Source of the DNA: an uncultured Bacilli bacterium
GTDB taxonomy: Bacteria; Bacillota_I; Bacilli_A; RF39; UBA660
Direction of reading: 5' to 3'
NCBI GenBank assembly: GCA_934149325.1
Contig: CAKPEJ010000004.1
Coordinates: 1 to 62,311 of the forward strand
DNA length: 62,311 nucleotides
Part shown: positions 55,975 through 62,311 of the stretch, one piece after another
Layout: each line of letters starts with the position of its first letter
How positions within the stretch are numbered: position 1 is the first letter of the stretch
Translations under genes and position numbers: made by a program
The notes under the pieces: model-generated
Databases searched by the model: none
What the model saw: only the letters and a program-made list of their open reading frames with translations
What the model was told of the DNA's origin: nothing

Positions 55975-56568
55975 ATGGCAGTATGTTATGAAGAGGCAGC
56001 TATTATGGCTTTAATAAAAAGCTATATAAGTACAAGTAATAAAATCTTGACTTATGAAAGTGTTAAAAATTTTGAAAAGGAATTAAACAAAAAACTAGAT
56101 GAATTTGGTCATAGAGGAACAGGTTATTTTAAAGAAAGTGATAGAGAAAAATTTTTTTACTCACGTGATGAATATGGAAATGGATATTTAGTATTAAATT
56201 CTAATTTGGAATTAGATGATTTGTCAATGACTGAAATTATGACATATCCACTAGAATATTTAAAGGCATTAGATTCATATGAAGTATTAAAGACAATTAA
56301 TCTTATTAAAGTTGATGGAAAAATAGTTTCTAGAAGTAAATATTATAAGAATTTGGCAGAAAAATATGATTTAAAACAAGTGTTATCAGTAGAAAGACCA
56401 AAGTTTAATATTTTTGAAGATTGGGAAAAAGTTGGAGAAGATGGTTTTATAGAAAATTATTGCTTATCTGATGCTGAAAAAATGATATTACAAGAATTAA
56501 GAAAAACAAAAACATCAGAAACAGAACAAGGACCTATATTAAAAAAAACAATAAAGTATGAATATTAA
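55975..56568 (+). CDS. Hypothetical protein P2 (paralogue of P1; EQGP-tail)
   Basis: The RBS AGGAGG lies 6 nt upstream. It ends ...TSETEQGPILKKTIKYEY. Confidence 0.55.
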   Translation: MAVCYEEAAIMALIKSYISTSNKILTYESVKNFEKELNKKLDEFGHRGTGYFKESDREKFFYSRDEYGNGYLVLNSNLELDDLSMTEIMTYPLEYLKALDSYEVLKTINLIKVDGKIVSRSKYYKNLAEKYDLKQVLSVERPKFNIFEDWEKVGEDGFIENYCLSDAEKMILQELRKTKTSETEQGPILKKTIKYEY

Positions 56569-56646
56569 CTTTTGAGAAATTTATAACTTATAAATACGAT
56601 GGGATTTAATAGAAATAAAAAATATAATAATGAAAGGTAAAATAAT

Positions 56647-57441
56647 ATGAATAATAGAGAGAGTGCTGTTGTAGTTAGTAATGGTAATAAAAATGTAAGT
56701 GTGATAGAAACAATAAATGCAATAAAAAATGCAGGATTTAAAAATGTTTTTATACAGTGGTACAATAATAAAGAATGGAGTCCTACACAAGAGGAGCAAC
56801 TAAAACTAATTAGAGAAAAAGGTTTAAATGTTATATTTGCACATTTGGGATATCAAGATATAAATAATTTATGGGTAGAAGATGCTATTGGTGATAAACT
56901 GGTTGATAGATATAAAAATGATATAAGAGTTTGCAAGGATAACGATATTCCAATGGTTATTATGCATTTAACAAGTAAGAGTAAGGCCCCACAATATAAT
57001 GAAAGAGGTTTGAAAAGGTTGCAAGAAATAGTAGATTATGCTGAATCACTAAATATAAAAGTCGCTTTTGAAAATACAAAGATAAAAGGTTATTTAGATT
57101 ATGTTATAAAAAATATTAATAATAAAAATGTTGGTATATGTTTTGACTCCGGGCATTATCACGTTCATTTTAATGATGAATTAGATTTTTCTAGTTTTAA
57201 AAATAGAATATTTGCAGTACATTTTCATGATAATGATAAGAGTGATGATTTACATCTTCTACCATTTGATGGAACTTTAGATTGGGAAAATGTTATAAAA
57301 AAATTGAAAGAATGTAATTATAATGGACCAATAACAATGGAACTTTGTTATCGATATGAATATTTAAAAATGGGAATAGATGAATTTTATAAAAAGGGTT
57401 ATGAAATTGGGATTCAATTAAAAGAAATGTTTGAGAGGTAA
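56647..57441 (+). CDS. Xylose-isomerase-like TIM-barrel protein (sugar phosphate isomerase/epimerase or AP-endonuclease-2 family)
   Basis: VAFENTK, GICFDSGHYHV, HFHDNDKSDDLHLLPFDGTLDW and ITMEL. Confidence 0.75.
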   Translation: MNNRESAVVVSNGNKNVSVIETINAIKNAGFKNVFIQWYNNKEWSPTQEEQLKLIREKGLNVIFAHLGYQDINNLWVEDAIGDKLVDRYKNDIRVCKDNDIPMVIMHLTSKSKAPQYNERGLKRLQEIVDYAESLNIKVAFENTKIKGYLDYVIKNINNKNVGICFDSGHYHVHFNDELDFSSFKNRIFAVHFHDNDKSDDLHLLPFDGTLDWENVIKKLKECNYNGPITMELCYRYEYLKMGIDEFYKKGYEIGIQLKEMFER

Positions 57442-57447
57442 AAGTTT

Positions 57448-57963
57448 ATGGAATTAATACAAATAGTAGATAAAGATGGTAATTTTATTGGTGAAGTAAT
57501 GGATAAGGAAGAAGCACATGATAAAAATTTATTACATAATGAAGTTGCAGCCTTTGTTATAAATGATAATAGGCAAGTTTTACTTCAAAAAAGAAGTAAA
57601 AATAAAAGATTCAACCCTAATAAATGGGCATTATGTGCTGGACATGTTGATGCTTATGAAAGTTTGGAAACTGCAATTTTAAGAGAAATTAAAGAAGAAA
57701 TTGGTATTGATGTAAATCCTAATGAATTAATATCTTTTGGTGAAAGGGAATTTGTAATTAAAGACATAAATTCACATATTACTTATTTTTATTGTATTAA
57801 GTCAAACTTAAATGAAGAGGATTTTATTATTCAAGAGGAAGAATTATCAGAAGTAAAATGGTTTGATATAGAAAATGTTATAGAAATGATAAAATCAGGG
57901 GATGAGTCTCTTGTGTTTAGCAAAGAAAGATTAAAACTTTTTGAACAATTAAAAAATATATAA
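57448..57963 (+). CDS. NUDIX hydrolase
   Basis: Nudix box GHVDAYESLETAILREIKEEIGI. Confidence 0.85.
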   Translation: MELIQIVDKDGNFIGEVMDKEEAHDKNLLHNEVAAFVINDNRQVLLQKRSKNKRFNPNKWALCAGHVDAYESLETAILREIKEEIGIDVNPNELISFGEREFVIKDINSHITYFYCIKSNLNEEDFIIQEEELSEVKWFDIENVIEMIKSGDESLVFSKERLKLFEQLKNI

Positions 57964-57992
57964 AAATTGTAGTAATAGAAAGGTAAAATCTA

Positions 57993-58769
57993 ATGAAAAA
58001 ATTAAGTGAACTTAAATTAAAAGATAAAAAGTATATTATTTTTGATATTGATGGAACATTAATTGATTCTATTGGAGTTTGGAATAGAACTGATCAAAAA
58101 TTGATTGAAGAGTTTGGAAAAGTATCCAAAAACTTAGATGATATACAATCTGAAAGAGATGACTTTCTTCATAATAATCAAGATGGTGATATTTACTTAG
58201 CATATTGCGAATATCTAATTAAAAAATATAACTTTAGTATTAGAGACGCACAGACTTTACTTAAAATAAGATGGGATAAATCGAGCGAAATCTTAAAAAA
58301 TGAGATGGATTTTAAATCATATGTTGTTGAACTTATATTAATGTTGAAAGATTTAGGGTTTACTTTAGTATTAGCAACAATGACAACACAAGTTCAATTA
58401 GATATTTATTCTAAAAAGAATAAAAGAATGCTAGAACAAATGAACATAGTAGAGGTTTTTGATTTGATTACTAGAAAAGAAGATGTAAAAAATAAAAAAC
58501 CAAATCCTGAAATATATAATAAAATAATGCAATATTATAATGCATCACCAAATGAATGTCTAATATTTGAAGATTCTTATACAGGTGTATTGGCAGGCAA
58601 GAATGCAGGTATTGAAGTAATAAATATTTACGATAAATATGCTGATTTAGATAGAAAAAAAATTAATGAAGTAACTGATTATAGTATTGAAGGATATCAA
58701 GAATTTATTGAATTAGTAAATTCGTTATATCCAATTGAATCTAAAATGGTACTAAAGCTAAAAAAATAA
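57993..58769 (+). CDS. HAD-IA family hydrolase (phosphatase / beta-phosphoglucomutase-like)
   Basis: IIFDIDGTLIDS, KKPNPEIY, and FEDSYTGVLAGKNAG. Confidence 0.85.
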   Translation: MKKLSELKLKDKKYIIFDIDGTLIDSIGVWNRTDQKLIEEFGKVSKNLDDIQSERDDFLHNNQDGDIYLAYCEYLIKKYNFSIRDAQTLLKIRWDKSSEILKNEMDFKSYVVELILMLKDLGFTLVLATMTTQVQLDIYSKKNKRMLEQMNIVEVFDLITRKEDVKNKKPNPEIYNKIMQYYNASPNECLIFEDSYTGVLAGKNAGIEVINIYDKYADLDRKKINEVTDYSIEGYQEFIELVNSLYPIESKMVLKLKK

Positions 58770-58787
58770 AAAGTATATTTTAGAGAT

Positions 58788-58890
58788 TAAAGTTTTTTAG
58801 TTATTTTATATATGTATTAGATACCCAACTGTCATTTTATGTAAAAAAAGAAAAAAAAGTGTTATAATAGATAACAAATATATGAATTTA
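58788..58890 (+). repeat. Cassette upstream region, copy 2
   Basis: See 55121-55350. Confidence 0.75.
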
Positions 58891-58899
58891 TTTAATGGT

Positions 58900-59085
58900 A
58901 AATAAGAAAATGACTATCAAACATTTTCTTGTGGTAATACAAAAGTTACATTTGATAATAATTGATATATTGTAAAGGCTAAGGTATTCACATCTATTAT
59001 GTGGTGGTAAACCAAATCATGATGAAAAACAAGAACAACCTAAAAGTATGAGTTTAACTAGAAAAAGAAAGCAGGTATCAAAATG
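58900..59085 (+). pseudogene. Possible frameshifted small zinc-ribbon gene with a basic tail
   Basis: ...FSCGNTKVTFDNN* in one frame and ...LLCGGKPNHDEKQEQPKSMSLTRKRKQVSK* in another. The tail resembles the EQGP tails. Confidence 0.3.
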
Positions 59086-60039
59086 AAAATAACTAATAAT
59101 ACAAATACAGAAGAAGTAAAAGTTACAATGAAAAATGCATTAAATGATATGTGTAGTACAGAAAGTAGTTTTGAAAAAAGTACAACTGGTGAAGAGATAA
59201 GAAAAATAATGCGAATTAAAACATCTAGTGTTGCATTTAATGAACAAGATTTTATAAAATTACTTCTATCTAAATTATTAAAAAATGGGATATCAAAAAT
59301 AGATCCGATGAAATTAAAATATTTGTTAGCTGATTATTATTCAAAGGAAGAATATGCATTTTTATTTGAAGATTTAGCATTAAAAGAACAAATTGAAGGA
59401 AATTATGTAGAATTCGATGATGCTTTAGTGTTTGCACATTTTGCTGGATTGTTAAGTAATCCTATACAAGGTACAAATATGCGCATGATATTGTCATCTC
59501 TTGAAGATGTTTCATCTAATTATTCAACAGAATATAACTTAAAAATGGATGAATTAGCTCATAATCTATCAAGTAGACTTAATATAAAGAATAATTTAAT
59601 AAATCAAAGTCAAGATAGTCGAGAAGCAGTATCTAAACAAGATGAAATAGAAAAAGAACTATATGAAGTTAGAGTATTTAATGAAGATGATAGAAAAAAT
59701 AATGAATCTTGTAAATTAGAACAACATAAAGCTTTACTATATATAGATGATGTATCTGAAAAATATTCAAATGATATGGAAAATAATGTTTATTATGAAT
59801 GCATATGTTTAGAATGTGGTAAACATAAAGATTATAAAATGTCTTTGAATGATAGAAGACATATAATAAAAACTAATTTATCGCCTATGGAAACTTTCAT
59901 GTCATTTTATGAAGTAAGAAAAAGATATTTAGAATTAATAAAACAAAATTGTACAGTAGAAGAAATAATTGATAATTTGAATTCTTTTTATAAAAAGAAT
60001 CAGGAACAAGGACCGGTATTAACAAAAAAGAAAAACTAA
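59083..60039 (+). CDS. Hypothetical protein P3 (internal CxxC; EQGP-tail)
   Basis: It ends ...KKNQEQGPVLTKKKN and contains CICLECGKHK. No other motif was recognised. Confidence 0.55.
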   Translation: MKITNNTNTEEVKVTMKNALNDMCSTESSFEKSTTGEEIRKIMRIKTSSVAFNEQDFIKLLLSKLLKNGISKIDPMKLKYLLADYYSKEEYAFLFEDLALKEQIEGNYVEFDDALVFAHFAGLLSNPIQGTNMRMILSSLEDVSSNYSTEYNLKMDELAHNLSSRLNIKNNLINQSQDSREAVSKQDEIEKELYEVRVFNEDDRKNNESCKLEQHKALLYIDDVSEKYSNDMENNVYYECICLECGKHKDYKMSLNDRRHIIKTNLSPMETFMSFYEVRKRYLELIKQNCTVEEIIDNLNSFYKKNQEQGPVLTKKKN

Positions 60040-60150
60040 TTCTAGTTTAAGATTTTCATTAATTTTAAATTTTAGAGGGTTTGGGTTTTTCCCATATTGA
60101 ATTTGTCGGGAGGACAAATTCAGGGCTGGCTAAAACAATAATTTTAATAA

Positions 60151-60183
60151 AATAAGCATTAGTTTTTTTCACTAATGCTTATT
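60151..60183. terminator. Bidirectional terminator between convergent genes
   Basis: 13-bp stem AATAAGCATTAGT / ACTAATGCTTATT, flanked by A/T runs. Confidence 0.65.
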
Positions 60184-60492
60184 ATTTTTTTCAAAAATTA
60201 ATGGGTTATCATTCTTAATTTTTAAATTATATTTTATTAAAAGTATTTCTTTGATTTTTGGTATCATATCATCTATTGATTCTTGATAACAACACAGCAT
60301 ATCAAATGTAGAATTAATATGATTATATAGAGGAGAATCACATAAACAATCTTTATAGAAACAATCTTTCAAATAAAATGCAACTGCTTCTGGAATGATA
60401 AAATTTACCATATATTTTTTAAAATTATTATCTATTGGAACAATTCTATTAAAGAATTCTTCATCTAATACATCTTTACCGTTTAGAATCAT
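60172..60492 (-). CDS. Hypothetical protein (Cys-rich), co-transcribed with tnpV
   Basis: Its start overlaps the tnpV stop by 4 nt. Confidence 0.5.
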   Translation of the reverse strand: MILNGKDVLDEEFFNRIVPIDNNFKKYMVNFIIPEAVAFYLKDCFYKDCLCDSPLYNHINSTFDMLCCYQESIDDMIPKIKEILLIKYNLKIKNDNPLIFEKNNKH

Positions 60493-60842
60493 ATATAAAT
60501 ATCTTCTTTCAAAATAACTTCATCAACAACATTTTTATAATTATTCATAAGTTTGATCCATTCCATTTGATTATTCATTTTATTTTTTTCAGATAGTTTT
60601 TTATCTTTTTTCTTGTAGTTATTCATCATAGTTTCAAATTTTATATTACATTCATTACTTACCGAAGAAAGATAGTCAGTAAGTTGATTATTCATTAGTA
60701 GGTTTCTATATAATTGTTTTTTATGTTTTTTTATATAATTTAGTTTTAATAATCCATATCTATTGATACTATTTGTGGTAGATGTAGTAATACCTAATTT
60801 AGGTATTAAATAATCGCCTTTTTTAATATAATTAATTTTCAT
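60489..60842 (-). CDS. tnpV: TnpV-like transposon-associated protein
   Basis: MKINYIKKGDYLIPKL...RYGLLKLNYIKKHKK..Y..L..N.L..YL...QMEWIKLMNNYKNVVDEVILKEDIYI is collinear with TnpV of Tn4451-type elements. Confidence 0.6.
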   Translation of the reverse strand: MKINYIKKGDYLIPKLGITTSTTNSINRYGLLKLNYIKKHKKQLYRNLLMNNQLTDYLSSVSNECNIKFETMMNNYKKKDKKLSEKNKMNNQMEWIKLMNNYKNVVDEVILKEDIYI

Positions 60843-61007
60843 ACTTTTTTCCTTTCTTTGAAATAGTAATTTTAGGTACCCATTTAGGTACTAAATTATT
60901 AAAATAGACTAATTATTATTAAATTTATTTAATTATTAATAAATGATTCTTGCTTTAAAATAAAGGATTTAATCAAATGTGATTTAAAAATATACTAATT
61001 AAATTTT

Positions 61008-61039
61008 GCCCCCTGAAGAGAGCGAAAGCTCTCATTTTT
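61008..61039 (+). repeat. att-like repeat, copy 4 (rightmost junction)
   Basis: GCCCCCTGAAGAGAGCGAAAGCTCTCATTTTT. The following TTTTGCTTGAA also matches the flank of copy 1 (44311-44325). Confidence 0.75.
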
Positions 61040-61202
61040 TTGCTTGAATTTAAAAAAATTAGAGTATAAACATAAATAAATTTGTATAAGTTTGATAAAA
61101 ATTATTAATTTTGGTATCTAAGTGTTACTTTTTAATTAAAATACCACAATTAATTGACTTTTGTGGCAAATTACTTTAAAATTATATCAAGAGGTGATTA
61201 AA

Positions 61203-61745
61203 ATGGTATTACTATATAAAGAACTTATTCAGAAATATGAAAGTGATTATAAAATAAAAAAGTTAATCCAAGAAGGGAAAATATTTAAAATTGAAAAAGG
61301 AATTTACAGTGATAAAAAGAATGTGAATTATTTAGAAATAATATCAAAAAAATATCCTAATGCAATATTTACTATGGATAGTGCATTTTATTACCATAAT
61401 TTAACAGATGTTATTCCTGAAAAAGAATATCTTGCATTAAAAAGGGATAGTACTAAAATTAGTGATAGTAGAATTAAAGTTGTATATTATCAAGAAAAGT
61501 TTTTTGATATTGGGAAATCGACTTTAAATATAAATGGTGTGGAAGTTAAAATTTATGACAAAGAAAGAATGCTAATAGAATTAATAAGAAATAGAAATTC
61601 GATAGGTTTTGATTATTATAAAGAGATAATTGAAAATTATAGAGAAATTAAAGATACCCTTAATACAAAAAAAATAGCTGAATACATAAGTAATTTTTCA
61701 ATAGAAAATTACTTGTATGATGTTATTATGAAAGAGGTGTTTTAA
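61203..61745 (+). CDS. abiEi: AbiEi-family type IV antitoxin / transcriptional regulator
   Basis: LIQEGKIFKIEKGIYSD is the AbiEi_4-like N-terminal motif. The ATG at 61203 follows AAGAGGTGA. Its stop overlaps the start of the next gene (TAATG). Confidence 0.65.
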   Translation: MVLLYKELIQKYESDYKIKKLIQEGKIFKIEKGIYSDKKNVNYLEIISKKYPNAIFTMDSAFYYHNLTDVIPEKEYLALKRDSTKISDSRIKVVYYQEKFFDIGKSTLNINGVEVKIYDKERMLIELIRNRNSIGFDYYKEIIENYREIKDTLNTKKIAEYISNFSIENYLYDVIMKEVF

Positions 61746-62311
61746 TGAATATAAATACAATATTTAATAATTATTTAGCGAGTGGATATTCAAATTTAAA
61801 TGCTATTTCGAAAACTTGCCAAGATATTATTTTATCTCAAATAAGCAATTCTAGCTTAAATAAAAATGTAACAATTAAGGGTGGAGTTGTAATGATGGCT
61901 ATTTCTAAAGATATAAGAAGAGCAACACAAGATTTAGATATAGATTTTATAAGATATTCTTTAGATGATTCTGCAATAGAAGCATTTATAGAAAAATTAA
62001 ATGATAAAGATATTAAAATAAAAATTACTTCACCAATAAAAAGACTTCATCATCAAGATTATGATGGTAAGAGAGTTTTTATAGAAATATCTGATAATTT
62101 TGGTAATATATTTTCTACCAAATTAGATATAGGTGTACATAAAGATATTGATATAGACCAAGATGAATTATGTTTTGATTTAGGGACTCATTCTAATAAT
62201 GTTATTTTACTTGCTAATTCAAAAGAACAAATATGTGTTGAAAAAATAAAGTCATTATTAAAATTTGGCATTACATCAACTAGATATAAAGACATTTTTG
62301 ATATTTATTAT
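61745..62311 (+). CDS. abiEii: AbiEii/AbiGii-family nucleotidyltransferase toxin (3' end beyond the window)
   Basis: VTIKGGVVMMAISKDIRRATQDLDIDF is the typical NTase GG...D.D motif. The frame is open to the window end. Confidence 0.7.
   Translation, partial: MNINTIFNNYLASGYSNLNAISKTCQDIILSQISNSSLNKNVTIKGGVVMMAISKDIRRATQDLDIDFIRYSLDDSAIEAFIEKLNDKDIKIKITSPIKRLHHQDYDGKRVFIEISDNFGNIFSTKLDIGVHKDIDIDQDELCFDLGTHSNNVILLANSKEQICVEKIKSLLKFGITSTRYKDIFDIYY

Larger units (their letters stand above)
52508..61039. mobile_element. Integrase-less, decayed tandem island(s) sharing the same att sequence
   Basis: It is bounded by identical 32-nt repeats with a degenerate copy at 55083-55115. It contains at least three gene remnants, a TnpV gene and duplicated cassettes. 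Confidence 0.5.

Noticed and set aside
56565-56799. Two small hydrophobic minus-strand ORFs (66 and 72 aa) between P2 and the TIM-barrel gene
   Set aside because: They overlap each other and the start of the TIM-barrel gene. They are F/I/L-rich AT-rich artefacts. A type I toxin cannot be fully excluded, but there is no promoter or RBS support.
60071-60125. Possible third copy of the dnaG/comEA element (TTTTAGAGGGTTTGGGTTTTT) followed by a 9-bp hairpin GAATTTGTC/GACAAATTC
   Set aside because: Only the first 12 nt or so resemble the element. The AAATCGCG-ATATAAT half is absent and no plus-strand gene follows. It is better explained as an island-arm relic plus a 3' hairpin of P3.

Overview
Very AT-rich, low-GC Bacillota-type chromosome segment. 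It appears to come from a spore-former that also carries DNA-uptake genes (a clear CotE homologue; comEA-comEC). I cannot name the taxon from sequence alone. Positions 1-44.2 kb are chromosomal backbone, almost all on the + strand. They hold short conserved housekeeping blocks (dnaG-rpoD-trmK, nfeD-SPFH, xer, tdk, priA, rpsB-tsf, frr, rpsP-KH, comEA-comEC, a glycosyltransferase locus, cobB/Sir2, PFOR, recG) interrupted by lineage-specific membrane-anchored or secreted hypothetical proteins and one small accessory block (DUF1016 nuclease, DinD, unknown). Positions 44.2-61.0 kb are accessory. A promoter-plus-terminator unit that looks like a small C-rich RNA gene (44219-44310) is followed by an intact integrative mobilizable element (tyrosine integrase, MobV relaxase, AAA ATPase, Xis-like protein, XRE repressor, five cargo genes). 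After that come one or more integrase-less, decayed islands. These segments are separated by copies of the same about 32-nt sequence, CCCCCTGAAGAG plus a GAAA-loop hairpin and a T-run, at 44276, 52476, 55083 (degenerate) and 61008. An AbiEi/AbiEii pair follows and is cut by the window end. The best candidates for something new are: (1) the IME cargo operon (NT5C3-like pyrimidine nucleotidase, UDG-superfamily glycosylase, ASCH, small Rcl/NDT-like protein, polytopic membrane protein), a possible modified-base-directed defence module; (2) the C-rich sRNA candidate used as the integration site, whose AAAACCCCCU is exactly complementary to AGGGGGUUUU found upstream of dnaG, comEA and at the RBS of the 8976 gene, plus a possible partner RNA at 42.0-42.1 kb; (3) a 39-nt element shared by the dnaG and comEA upstream regions; (4) duplicated cassettes in the decayed island whose proteins end in a common EQGP-x-L-x-KK tail. 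No rRNA, tRNA or CRISPR array was seen. All functional calls rest on motif-level reading of the ORF translations, without database searches.
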